From the NCBI GenBank assembly GCA_964016885.1, contig OZ024743.1, positions 232,500,001 to 232,564,000 of the forward strand: a DNA stretch of 64,000 nucleotides, read 5' to 3'. Of the stretch, positions 13,110 through 25,876 are shown one piece after another. The stretch is from Eledone cirrhosa (Eukaryota). Numbering within the stretch: the stretch's first letter is position 1; every line of letters starts with the position of its first letter. Under the pieces are notes generated by a model. The model was not told the DNA's origin. It was given only the letters and a program-made list of their open reading frames with translations, and did no database searches. The translations under genes and the position numbers were made by a program.

Positions 13110-13352
13110 TTGTTTTGCAATGTTTTTGATATGAAATCGTGTGTCGTGAATTCTAGTAAATAATCAGGAACTGATTATACAGAGCGATTGCCGCTCAAGC
13201 AGAAATTGAAAATTAGAATTAGTGCTCTGAAATAGCTATATATATATGAATGTATATATAGTGTATTTTGCAATACACTGTATGCTTAATTATTTACTAG
13301 AATTCTATAAGAACCAAACATCCATGATTTAAGAAAACAGGGGGAGTAGTTG

Positions 13353-13395
13353 GCTTTGATAAGCATCAATAAATGCGAAACAAGACCTTGTCAGC
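13353..13395 (+). ncRNA. Type I hammerhead ribozyme, U3-A8 variant
   Basis: GCT-TTGATAA-GCAT(caataa)ATGC-GAAA-CAAG(ac)CTTG-TC-AGC. Confidence 0.8.
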
Positions 13396-13675
13396 TTTAT
13401 CTCCCCTGTTTGCTGAAAATTAAGGTAAGTGAGTCTGTCACTACTCTAAAACAATAGCATAAGGTCTTCGAAATGCTTTTAATTGAGCATACAGTGTATT
13501 GCAAAATACACTATATATATACATTCATATATATATATAGCTATTTCGGAGCACCAATTCTAATTTTCAACTTCTGCTTGACCGGCAACCGCTCTGTATA
13601 ATCAGTTCCTGATTATTTACTAGAATTCTATAAGAACCAAACATCCATGATATCAGCAAACAGGAGGAGTAGTTG

Positions 13676-13718
13676 GCTTTGATAAGCATCAATAAATGCG
13701 AAACAAGGCCTTGTCAGC
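13676..13718 (+). ncRNA. Type I hammerhead ribozyme, U3-A8 variant
   Basis: Same motif with a fully palindromic stem III CAAGGCCTTG. Distal stem CAGCAAACAGG/CCTGTTTGCTG. Confidence 0.85.
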
Positions 13719-13856
13719 TTTATCTCCACCTGTTTGCTGAAATTAAAGTAAGTGAGTCTGTCACAACTCTAAAACAATAGCATAAGGTCTTCGAAATGCT
13801 TTTAATTAAGCATACAGTGTATTGCAAAATACACTATATATACATTCATATATAAA

Positions 13857-13939
<83 letters not shown>

Positions 13940-14002
13940 GCTATATATATATGAATGTATATATAGTGTATTTTGCAATACACTGTATGCTTAATTAAAA
14001 GC

Positions 14003-14052
<50 letters not shown>

Positions 14053-14274
14053 GAATGTATATATAGTGTATTTTGCAATACACTGTATGCTTAATTAAAA
14101 GCATTTCGAAGACCTTATGCTATTGTTTTAGAGTAGTGACAGACTCACTTACCTTAATTTTCAGCAAACAGGGGAGATAAAGCTATATATATATATATAT
14201 GGATCAGCGAAACTGCGCACTCGGGACTTGAATAAAAAATATATATATTTGTGTTTATTATTTTCTCTTATGAA

Positions 14275-14460
14275 GGGCAATGGATTGGCAGCATCGGTAG
14301 AGGGTCGGACGCCAAGCATAGAGTTACGGCCCTTGCCATTCTAAGTTCAAATCCAACCGAGGTTAACTTTGCCTTTCATTCTTCCGGGGTCGATTAAATA
14401 AAGTACCAGTAATACACTGGGATAATTATTGGCCTTGTGCTAAAAGTAGAAACAATTATT
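14275..14460 (+). mobile_element. tRNA-derived SINE with conserved central domain
   Basis: A-box-like tggcagcatcgg, B-box gttcaaatcc, core actttgcctttcat.ct..cggggtcgat.aaa, tail ggccttgtg..aaaagtagaaacaattatt. Confidence 0.75.
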
Positions 14461-14476
14461 TCCACTTATTTTTATG

Positions 14477-14670
14477 GGCGGTGGATTGGCAGTATCGGTA
14501 GAGGGTCAGGCGCCATGCTTTGACGCATTGAGTTACGACTCTTGCCATTCTGAGTTCAAATCCCGCCGAGGTTAACTTTGCCTTTCATCCTTACGGGGTC
14601 GATAAAATAAAGAATCAGTAATACGCTGAGTAAATAGCTGGCCTTGTGCCAAAAGGTAGAAACAATTATT
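14477..14670 (+). mobile_element. tRNA-derived SINE (tandem second copy)
   Basis: Same head, core and tail as 14275-14460. Confidence 0.8.
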
Positions 14671-14772
14671 TCCTCTTATTTTGTAATTTCACATATATAT
14701 TTAGTTATAACTAAATAGCTCTGTAGCTTACATAGAGAACTCTCCTTTCCTTTCCCTTTCCTACGGAAACAC

Positions 14773-14807
<35 letters not shown>

Positions 14808-15479
14808 TATAACCGGAACAAAATTAGTCTCTGTTATTACAGGAAACACATCGGTATGGTTGAGCTGTTTCGTTAAATATTACCTTGGGGTGTGGTTGTT
14901 CTTTGTTGGTGTATGGGTGTTAATTGCAATAACTGCTACTATCACATTTCTAATGTTAAATAGACGCATACTCGTCCATCAACACAAAGCACCGCCCCCA
15001 CGAATATTTGCTACCAACATTCGCAAGTACTTCAGTTCCATCATTATTACGTAATGTACTGGGTAATTGCTGGCCTTGTGCCAAATGTAGAAACAATTAT
15101 TACTAATACAACACACATTAGTTAACTTGTGTAAGATATACGTAGCAGTCAAATCTACTTACAATTTAATTTACACTGGGCAATGTTGTCGAATATATAT
15201 ATATATATATTTACGTCTGTGTGTGTGTGTGTGTGCGTGCGTGTGTGTGTGTGTCTGTGTGTGGGTGTGTGGGTGTGTGGGTGTGTCTCCGTGTGTGTGG
15301 GGGTGTGTGTGGTAGTATGCTTACGGTTGGAACTACTTTGATACACAGGTCTGATCGGTTAAACTGAACTGGGATTAAACAACTGATGTACTTAGAACTA
15401 AAGAGGGATTCTCTACATGTTCGTTCGATCTGCTAGAAATAGCAGCTAACTTTTCTCCAAATTTCCCTGCATCACGAAT

Positions 15480-15655
15480 AATTGTTTCTACTTTTGGCAC
15501 AAGGCCAGCAATTACCCAATGCATTACTGGTTCTTTATTTTATCGACCCCGTAGGATGAAAGGCAAAGTTAACATCGGCGGGATTTGAATTCAGAATAGT
15601 AAGGGCCGTAACTGTATGCGTCAAATCATGGCGTCCGACCCTCTACCGATACTGC
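15480..15655 (-). mobile_element. tRNA-derived SINE
   Basis: Reverse complement of the 14477-14670 family. Confidence 0.75.
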
Positions 15656-15865
15656 AAGTCCCCTCATGAATAATGAAAGGACACTTTATGTGATATAGTC
15701 ATAGATATACTCTGAAAAGATGAGATTATAGTTATGCTGAAGATCTCTGGCTAAACAAAAATAACTACCATATGTACTAAATTCTCAACATGGTATAAAT
15801 GACACATTGCAGTTCTAAACACAAATGTAGATATTTTATAATATAGTTTGAGATACATGATATCA

Positions 15866-17712
15866 GAACAAAAATGAGGTGAACATGACTGTAAACATAT
15901 GAGGCGAATGTGACTGTAAACAGATGAGGTGGATATGACTGTAAATAGATGAGGTGGATATGACTGTAAACACATGAGGTGGACATGACTGTAAACACAT
16001 GAGGTGGACATGACTGTAAACACATGAGGTGGACATGACTGTAAACAAATAAGGTGGACATGACAGTAAACAAATGAGGTAGACATGACTGTAAACACAT
16101 GAGGTGGACATGACTGTAAACAAATGAGGTGGACATGACTGTAAACACATGAGGTGGACATGACAGTAAACAAATGAGGTGGACATGACTGTAAACAAAT
16201 GAGGTGGACATGACTGTAAACAAATGAGGTGGACATGACTGTAAACACATGAGGTGGACATGACTGTAAACACATGAGGTGGACATGACTGTAAACAAAT
16301 GAGGTGGACAGGAGTGTAAACACATGAGGTGGACATGACTGTAAACAAATGAGGTGGACATGACTGTAAACACATGAAGTGGACATGACTGTAAACACAT
16401 GAGGTGGACATGACTGTAAACACATGAGGTGGACAGGAGTGTAAACACATGAGGTGGACATGACTGTAAACAAATGAGGTGGACATGACTGTAAACACAT
16501 GAGGTGGACATGACAGTAAACACATGAGGTAGACATGACTGTAAATACATGAGGTGGGCATGACTGTAAACAAAAAAGGTGGACATGACAGTAAACAAAT
16601 GAGGTAGAAATGACTGTAAACAAATAAGGTGGACATGACTGTAAACAAATAAGGTGGACATGACTGTAAACACATGAGGTGGACATGACAGTAAACAAAT
16701 GAGGTGGACATGACAGTAAACAAATGAGGTAGAAATGACTGTAAACAAATAAGGTGGACATGACTGTAAACACATGAGGTAGACATGACAGTAAACAAAT
16801 GAGGTGGACATGACTGTAAACACATGAGGTGGACATGACTGTAAACAAATAAGGTGGACATGACTGTAAACAAATAAGGTGGACATGACTGTAAACACAT
16901 GAGGTGGACATGACTGTAAACAAATGAGGTGGACATGACTGTAAACACATGAGGTGGACATGACTGTAAACACATGAGGTAGACATGACTGTAAACACAT
17001 GAGATGGACATGACTGTAAACACATGAGGTGGACATGACTGTAAACATATGAGGTGGACAAGACAGTAAACAAATGAGGTGGACAGGAGTGTAAACACAT
17101 GAGGTGGACATGACTGTAAACAAATGAGGTGGACATGACTGTAAACAAATAAGGTGGACATGACTGTAAACACATGAGGTGGACATGACTGTAAACAAAT
17201 AAGGTGGACATGATAGTAAACAAATGAGGTGGACATTACTGTAAACAAATAAGGTGGACATGACAGAAAACAAATAAGGTGGACATGACAGTAAACACAT
17301 AAGGTGGACATGACTGTAAACACATAAGGTGGACATGACTGTAAACACATGAGGTGGACATGACTGTAAACAAATAAGGTGGACATGACAGTAAACACAT
17401 AAGGTGGACATGACTGTAAACACATGAGGTGGACATGACTGTAAACAAATAAGGTGGACATGACAGTAAACAAATGAGGTGGACATGATAGTAAACAAAT
17501 GAGGTGGACATGATAGTAAACAAATGAGGTGGACATGACTGTAAACACATGAGGTGGACATGACTGTAAACAAATAAGGTGGACATGACTGTAAACAAAT
17601 AAGGTGGACATGACAGTAAACAAATGAGGTGGACAGGAGTGTAAACACATGAAGTGGACATGACTGTAAACAAATAAGGTGGACAAGACAGTAAACAAAT
17701 GAGGTGGACATG
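15866..17712. repeat. 25-bp tandem minisatellite, about 74 copies
   Basis: Unit GTAAACA(C/A)AT(G/A)AGGTGGACATGACT. Confidence 0.97.
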
Positions 17713-17728
17713 GCTGAATAGCTGCTCT

Positions 17729-17911
17729 AGGCAGTATCGGTAGAGGGTCGGATGCCATGCGTTGTAGCATAGAGTTATGCCCCTTTGCGGTCTGAGTTCA
17801 AATCCCGCCGAGATTAACTTTGCTTTTCATCCTTACGGAGTCGATAAAATAAAGTACCAGTAATGCACTGGTTTAATTACTTGCCTCGTGCCAAAAGTGG
17901 AAACAATTATT
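17729..17911 (+). mobile_element. tRNA-derived SINE
   Basis: ggcagtatcggtagagggtcgg...gagttcaaatcccgccgag...aaacaattatt. Confidence 0.75.
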
Positions 17912-18112
17912 TTCGCAACGTTTCAAAAGATACGACTGCTCTCAAACATGATGTAAGACTATAGAACATCAATGGCAAGTGGGTTAGGTGAAACATTAAG
18001 ACACCAGACGAAAAAGCTTTGCAACATTTAGTCACGGCTCATTACATTCTGAGGTCAAACCCAACCGATAACAATCTCATCTTTCATTTTCGGAGGTACT
18101 GGTGTAGATGTA

Positions 18113-18279
18113 CCGTATTTCCTGGCGTCGAAGATGCTACTTTTTTCCTAAAATAAGACTCAAAAATCTACCATGCATCCTAGAGGCCGAAGGTTGCTTA
18201 TTATTTTTTTCAAATTTCTGGTTGTCAAACCTAGAGTGAATCCTCGAGGACGAAGCGTCGTCGGCGCCGGGAAATACGG
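18113..18279. mobile_element. MITE, Tc1/mariner superfamily (Tc2/pogo-like ends), nested in a decayed SINE
   Basis: TIRs CCGTATTTCCtGGCG / CGCCgGGAAATACGG, TA target duplication at 18111-12 and 18280-81. SINE head upstream and SINE tail downstream. Confidence 0.75.
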
Positions 18280-18944
18280 TAATCGAATCTCCTCTTCCCC
18301 AAAACTTACTGGCCTTGTGTCTAAATTAGAAACATATATTGTGCGTATCCGTGGTGGGATATTCCTGTAAATTGTGAAATCCAGAGGAACGCGACGACAG
18401 TTTCACTTTAAATATCAACCATTTAATTCTGTTATATAATCTATAAAAGTTATTATCAGCGTTGCACTCTTGGGGTATGTCATGTTAGTTTACTCTGGCT
18501 ATTTCATATTTAAATACACAAGCTGGGGGAATAGAAAACTTACTGAATAATGGAGATTATTTTAGGCTGTCATATTTATTTATTTATTATCTATGTAGTG
18601 TTACTATGTTCATAATTTTGTTTCTCAGAAGGAGAATATCGCTATTTCATGTCTACAACATAATCTCATATTGATTGTAATACTGCTACACTCTGTAATT
18701 TCTGTTGCTAATATGAAAAGAGAATCGTAGTTCAACTTCAACTTCATCCCAACATATGATTGTCAACAGACAATACTATTTTGCCCAGCAGGATTCCAAG
18801 AAACCAACTTATATAGAGCTAGGCAATAATAATATCTCTCAAATAAACAAACTAGAGAAGTGAACATAACTATCATCCACGTGAAATATTATATTATATC
18901 TATGAAAATAAATAAATAAAATAAATAAGTATATATATATATAC

Positions 18945-19007
<63 letters not shown>

Positions 19008-19138
19008 GTGAGGTTTTTTTTACAAATTGAAAAATAACCGGTGTCCTACACGAATGAAAGTATAAAGAAAAAGAAATGAAATCGAAAATGCAACTGGAGT
19101 CTTAGTTTTTTTTTAAATATATATATTTATTTGGTTCG

Positions 19139-19172
19139 TTTACCGGTTTCGCAGTTCTTCTACTTTTCAAAA
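19139..19172 (-). ncRNA. Minimal hammerhead, U3-A8 variant, in Penelope pLTR
   Basis: TT-TTGAAAA-GtAG(aagaa)CTGC-GAAA-CCGG-TA-AA. Confidence 0.55.
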
Positions 19173-19697
19173 GTAGAGTTGAGATGGAGGTTCTGTGGTT
19201 TTTCTCACATATGGTTGGTCTCTGAATGTTACTTGTTTTATATGGAAAAGGTGGCTCGAAATGCCAACTTTTTCGAGAAGTAATTTGATTGGTTGGTCAA
19301 TAATTATAATAAATTTCGCGCCAGTTCGCGTTACAATAGTTCTTCAAATAAGAGGGGGGGTTGTCACAGGTTGTTTTTTCATATATGAGTGTTTGAATTT
19401 CTTTTTACTTGAAAAAAGGGGCTCACGAAGGCTTTTTTTTGATTGGTTATAAATGAAATTATGGCTGTCACGTGAACAAGTTTTCATTAAATTTTCGCGC
19501 CCTTATTTGGAAATCCATTCTGTAGCCTTTTTAGAGAATTTTATGATAAGTAAAAGATAATGGTCAAGAGAAATGGGATGGGAGAATTGTTCTGGTTCAG
19601 TGAATATGGTTAGTTCGCTGGGGTGTCAGAATTCAGATTATCTATTGAATAAAGAAAGTAACGATATGTATGTTTATTTGTGTACTTGTGTGTGTGT

Positions 19698-19732
<35 letters not shown>

Positions 19733-20058
19733 TGTGTGTGTGTGTGTTGTGTGTGTGTGTTTGAATTTCTTTTTACTTAAAAAAAAGGTGGCTCACGAGG
19801 CTTTTTTTAATAAACGTGATTTGATTGGTTATAAATGAAATTTGGCTGTCACGTGAACAAGTTTTGATTAAATTTTCGCGCCCTTATTTGGAAATCTATT
19901 CTGGAGCCTTTATAGAGAATGTTATGACAAGGAAAAGATAGTGGTCAAGAGTAATGGGATGGGAGAATTGTTCTGGATCAGTGAATATGGTTAGTTCGCT
20001 GGGATGTCAGAGTTCAGATTTTCTATTGAAGTAAAGATATGTATGTTTATTTGTGTGC

Positions 20059-20104
<46 letters not shown>

Positions 20105-20540
20105 TGAAAGATGATTCTATTAGTAGAAATGGGGGAGGGAGTTGTGTGTGTATATGGGTGTTATGTGTGTGTGTGCGAGTATGTTAAGTTGGAGAGAATA
20201 TATATTTTGTGTGTGTGTATATATGTGTGTAGGAAAGTGGTTCTATCAGTAGAAATGAGCCAGGGAGTTGTGGGTGTGGGAGTATGGTTAGCATGTTAAG
20301 ATGAAGAGAATATATATATATATATATATATTGTGTGTGTGTGTGTGTGTGTAGGTAAATGATTCCTTTAGTAGGAATATTTTTGAATGAACATATTTTC
20401 CTTACTTATTCGTATTTGTTCTGTTGTATTGTCAGTGCAAACGTATGTTAAGGTTTATTTAGTTCGAGTTTTTATTTTCTAAAGTAGAAGGTGTTATGTG
20501 TGTGTGTGTATGTCATATTATGGTGTTGACATAATGTATA

Positions 20541-22085
20541 TTAAACCATATTTAATGCTGGTCTATATTTTTGAATAAACATATTTTCCTTATTTATTCG
20601 TATTTGTTCTGTTGTATTGTTAGCGCAAAGGTAAAATGGGAAGACTTGGAATTTGGGTGTCTTATTACTTGCGCAAATGTCTAGATGTGCACTTAGTGGT
20701 ATCTGTCTCGTGGTTGGATCTCGTAATTGTTGGCGATGAACTGTCATTCTGTTTCTGAGTGTGAGTTTAGTTTGTCCTATATAATCTTCATTGAATCCTT
20801 TACATTTAATGGCATAAAGTAGATTTTTTGATGAGCAAGTGAAGTGATTTTTTACAGTAAAATTTTGTCCTGATTTAAATGTATACGTGTTGCCTTCAAT
20901 GAGGTGAGTGCAGGTTCCACAATTAGAGCGACCACATTTTTTGATACTTGGTTGTGGGTTTGTGGTAGGTAATTTGGTATTGGTGAGTAATGTTTTCAGT
21001 GATTTTGGTTGTCTTTTGCTTTTGATTATTTTGTGTGTTTCAAGGGCTAATTTCATTCTTGGGTTTTGTTTTAGTAGTGGGATGTTCTTGTGAATAGTAT
21101 TGTAAGCTTCCGCATTTCTTGGGTTGTGTCTTGAGATATATGATAGAATATTGGACGTATCTTGAATTTGTTTCTGTTTCCGTAATTCATCAATGCCTAT
21201 TGCTTTAGCCCTTTCTATTCTATTATTTATTAGTAATAGTGGGTACTCTCTCTCTCTCGAGTAGAATTTCCTTTAATTCTTGAAGTCTTTTATTTCGCGT
21301 TTCATAATTGGCGACAATTGTGCAAATTCTTCTTGCTAGGTAAAAAGGAATGTTCGTCTGCGTGTGCTTTGGATGGTTGGAGGTGAATAGCAGATATTGT
21401 TTGGAATCTGTTGGTTTGTAGTGTATGTCAGTTTCGATATTTGTGTCTTTTTTTAAGATTAAGATGTCCAGAAATTGGAGTTGATCTTGGCTGTATTCCA
21501 TTGTGAATTGGATGTGGTTATTGATGCCGTTTATTAAGTTTTTGAAATCCTTCAGTTGGTCGAGTGTGTGGGACCAAAGAATGAGACAATCATCCAAGTA
21601 GCATTTCCAATTCTCTGATAAATATTTGTGGCAGTTCAATCTGTATTTTGATTTGGACTGTTCATATATCTGGACTTCTAAGTATGCCATGACTAAGTTG
21701 GCATAAGTTGGAGCGGCTTTTGTACCCATCGCAGTCCCCGATATTTGCTTGTATGTATTGCCATCGAAATCAAAAAGGTTGTCCTGTAAGATGAATGTTA
21801 ATCCCTCGGTGATGAAGCTTTTTTCTATTCTGTCAGGTATCTCATTGGGATATTTCTCTAGCCAGAATCCTATTGCTTCTAGTCCGTATTGGTGTGGGAT
21901 CGTTGTGTAGAGATTCACTACATCGAAAGACACAATAATAGTGTCGTTGTTGACATGTTTGGGGAGGTGGTTTAAGATGTCCAGATCGTCTCTTACAAGG
22001 CTTGGTATGTGTTTGAGAATTGGTTTCAGTAGTATGTCTATAAAGTTGCTCAGTCTGTGTGTTTTACATTGTGGGCCCGCTACAA
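20541..22085 (-). pseudogene. Penelope RT/GIY-YIG, frameshifted and truncated
   Basis: ORF track pieces 21223-21933 and 20541-21056. Confidence 0.8.
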
Positions 22086-22093
22086 TTGGTCTT

Positions 22094-22592
22094 ATTCATT
22101 CATGTTTTCCATTCATGTTTTCTATTTAATTTTGGTTGGAGTTCATTTATGTTTATTGCCTCTGTGATTTGTCTAAACATTGCGTCTTTTCTGTGTGTAG
22201 ATTTTGTTTTTATTTCTATGTTCTCTAATTTGCCCTTATGTTCTATTTTAACATGTTGGTGGAGTACTGATGATTCTTTTCTATCTTGAAGGTCTCGCCA
22301 GTGTTCATTTAACTGTTCTCCTATACTACGAGATGTCTCACCTATGTACACTATATTCTTATCTTTACATTGTCCTTCAGTACATCTCATGCTATATACT
22401 ATATTTCTAGTTTTACAGTTAATATGGGGGCTTAGTTTACAGATTATGCATTACTTATCTATACAGGGTGGTCTTTGAAAAGGGTATGTATTACTAATAA
22501 GTGTTTTCATGGAGGTACCTGATCTTTCTTAATATTATCTTAATATTAAGTTTAAATTTATCTAGGATCCTTCTAAATTTGTAAGCTAATTC
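22094..22592 (-). mobile_element. Penelope family 1 GIY-YIG fragment fused to the 5' end of family 2
   Basis: ORF 22100-22390 closely matches 7899-8210 (RCTEGQC.DKNIVYIGET). Confidence 0.85.
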
Positions 22593-22676
22593 AGAAACGA
22601 AATATATATATATATACATATTTAGACACATACACACACACACACATACCACACACACCCACACACACCACACATC

Positions 22677-22813
<137 letters not shown>

Positions 22814-23331
22814 GAGGTATCGTTTAAGGGAATCCAAGTAGAGTTCACAGTAATCTGTACCGTGGAGTATTTTAACGTGCGGCTTTGTTTGACTCAACAA
22901 GATGTTTACTTAATTGTGGCGTTCGGATGGTCGATTTCGGACAGTTCCGAGGTGAGCAGTTCCTGGAGTATAATAACGAATGAATGAAGATTAACACGGA
23001 TAAGCTATACAGTAGGGCTTATTCCAAACATTAACATATGTTCATTGGTTAGTACGTAATCGAATGCGCCTTAAAATCGCTACCTCCAATTTTATTTTGA
23101 AATTCGATTTTAAATTCTGCTTATACCAGGCAAATTAGCAAAAATGATGTATAGATTATCCGTGTTAATATCATTCATTCGTTATATACACATATATATA
23201 TATATATATATATAAAATTTCAGGTTATCAATAATGTAGTGATAATATATCGTTACGTCTGTTACAGAAACATATGTCAATACCTAATAAATTCCTTTTT
23301 AAAAAAAGCACTTTCATTTTATATTCATCCT

Positions 23332-23416
<85 letters not shown>

Positions 23417-23436
23417 GTGAACCTATATATGTTTAG

Positions 23437-23576
23437 TGAACCTAAACATCGAGTGCTCACCCGGGTGAACCTACAGTAACTCCAAGTTACATTCCCTGGA
23501 TATATGTATATATCCAGGGAATGTAACTTGGAGTTACTGTAGGTTCACCCGGGTGAGCACTTGATGTTTAGGTTCA
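23437..23576. repeat. 140-bp near-perfect palindrome centred on a short TA run
   Basis: tgaacctaaacatcgagtgctcacccggg...cccgggtgagcacttgatgtttaggttca. Confidence 0.9.
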
Positions 23577-23979
23577 ATTCAGTGTCGAGGTGTAGATCTA
23601 TACAGAGTGTATTATAGTGAAATAAGATAACAAGGACGATAGGTGTGTCACCAACCAATAAACGTAATGAAGGAGTAACCAATCGTCCTACTTATCTTAT
23701 TTAACTATATATATATAACGATAACACGGATAAGCTATACATTGGAGGTATCCATTTACATGTGTTGTATTGAAGCGAATAACTGTGACTACTCTGGGAT
23801 TTTACATAATATCAACTATGGAGTACGCTGAGATGCAAACGGTACTAGCAGAGAGACTCATGCTAGTCACGCCAGCTTTATCGACAGTCGAACGACTTTC
23901 GTCAAATCGGAGGAAACAATGTTTCCATCGGACTTTCTAATTGCTAATACTATCTATCGGTCGCAACTCCAGATAGAAG

Positions 23980-24088
23980 GAGCAACGTGAAATAAAGTGT
24001 TTTACTCAAGGACATAACGCATCAACCGGTCCAGGAATCGAACTCACAACCTCACCATTGCGAATCCAATTCTCTAACCACTCAGCCG

Positions 24089-24089
<1 letters not shown>
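23980..24089 (-). mobile_element. tRNA-derived SINE head (second family)
   Basis: Minus strand reads gcggctgagtggttagag (A box)...gagttcgattcc (B box)...gtccttgagtaaaacacttt. Confidence 0.7.
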
Positions 24090-24168
<79 letters not shown>

Positions 24169-24502
24169 CGTATGTTTGAGTACATGCGCGCATGTATGTA
24201 TGTGTGGGTGTTACGCACACACACACACACATCCACACACACACACACACACAAACACACAAATATACCATGTAATATATACTTGTAACCCAACCAACAT
24301 ACGGAGACGTTAATCTGAAAAACTAGTTGCCATTGAAGATTAAAATGCAATTATATGAACTTCTTATCTCAATCTAAATGCATCATATATTTACACGCAC
24401 ACATACATACACAAACACCCACCCACATACATACACCTGCATATAAATACCCCCACACGCACACATATATACATACACATATATATATATATATTCATCT
24501 CT

Positions 24503-24544
<42 letters not shown>

Positions 24545-25838
24545 ATACGTACATGAATATATGCGTCTGTAGACATACACTCGCATACAAATATATATAT
24601 TTTCTAAGGTCACGCTACCCTCATATTTTTATTTCAGGCATCCACCCTTATTTTATCCTGATTATATTCCGTATATCTCAGTTGTGTAAATACTACTTAT
24701 TAGATACGAGTCGATGCTCATAAGCTCTCAGCGTTACCAAGAATGTTCTAACCTTGATCCAGGAAATTTAGATGCTATTCCACATTTTCACCCCGCTGTT
24801 CAACCCGGCTTTTCTTGAGCTTCTTACGATTCTTACAATTCTTATGCTTTTGGAAACATTTAAAAAATAGCCCAATGTTGGCTACTGGGGTTCTAATCTG
24901 CAAGCTAGAAAATGTTCTCCCTTTTAATCTCATTTTAAGAAGTGAACAGACATAAACAAAAATCCGATGGAGCAAGGTCTAATGAATATGGTGCGCAGTC
25001 AATGCTAACGTTTTTCAAAATAACTATTGACGCACTAACCTTGTGAGTAGATGGAATATTCTAGAAAAAGAGAACACTATTCCACAGCATATTCTTCCGT
25101 AGCCTTTCAATGCATTCTTTCATTTTCACTGTTTGGTTCTTTTGATCATAGCCACTCATCAAAAACCCCACCTTACCACCCTAAATACTAACTATAACCT
25201 TCACAGCTGACTTTAGGTCTCCAATTTCTACGTCAGGGGAAATCTGTGCCCTACAACTACGTTGATTGTTGTGTGATCTGAAGATTGTGGAGGTGTAGAC
25301 ATGTTTCTTGAAGTATTGTTGAATTATTGGGGTAAAAAACATTAATACATGTTTGGTGTTTTTGTTACGCAAACCCATAAACCATGCACACACCAACACA
25401 CCCACACACCCAACTACACACACACACACACATATATATATATCATTTATGGATTCATTTTTAATAGCTTGCAATTAAATAACCTAGAACCAAGCGGAAC
25501 ATAAAAAATATTACTGACATCACATTAACAATATATAGTTCTAACAGAAATATATATATATACACACATATATACATATATATAAGAGTATATAGCCAGA
25601 TGTTCTTTAGTTACCTTAATCCTAACCTGGACTTCTATTTCTTACTATTGTTGTTGTTGTATTTATCTCATTATATTTTGCTATGCTCATATGCCTGTTC
25701 TTCCTTCTTGTAAAATTCTTAATTAGCTAGTTGAAACATTATCTATCTACAACAAAAATAAAAAATTAAAAAATAAATAACAGACAAACAACAGTGATGA
25801 TACTAAGGATACAGAAAAGCAACAACAACATCAATAAA

Positions 25839-25876
<38 letters not shown>

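Larger units (their letters stand above)
13148..14185 (+). mobile_element. Family A cluster: tandem units with a 323-nt period plus inverted fragments
   Basis: + units ~13290-13850. Inverted pieces at 13148-13290, 13934-14006 and ~14050-14185. Confidence 0.85.
19003..22090 (-). mobile_element. Penelope-like element family 2, 5'-truncated, long pLTR with an internal ~370-bp tandem duplication
   Basis: RT ORF 21223-21933 (SFDVVNLYT, QISGTAMGT, YLDD), GIY-YIG ORF 20541-21056 (LLYAIKC..YIGQT), HHR at 19139-19172, ends near (TA)n. Confidence 0.85.

Noticed and set aside
15866-17712. CRISPR-like array
   Set aside because: No unique spacers, no cas genes, eukaryotic context
15751-17770. Three long overlapping minus-strand ORFs (490-644 aa)
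   Set aside because: By-product of a 25-bp repeat that lacks stops on that strand. All frames give the same cyclic peptide
23980-24089. Possible tRNA gene (also 63228-63300)
   Set aside because: A and B boxes are present but there is no acceptor stem, and the sequence continues into a SINE body
24775-25400. Possible host exon or transposase fragment
   Set aside because: Only short ORFs, with no recognisable motif or convincing splice structure
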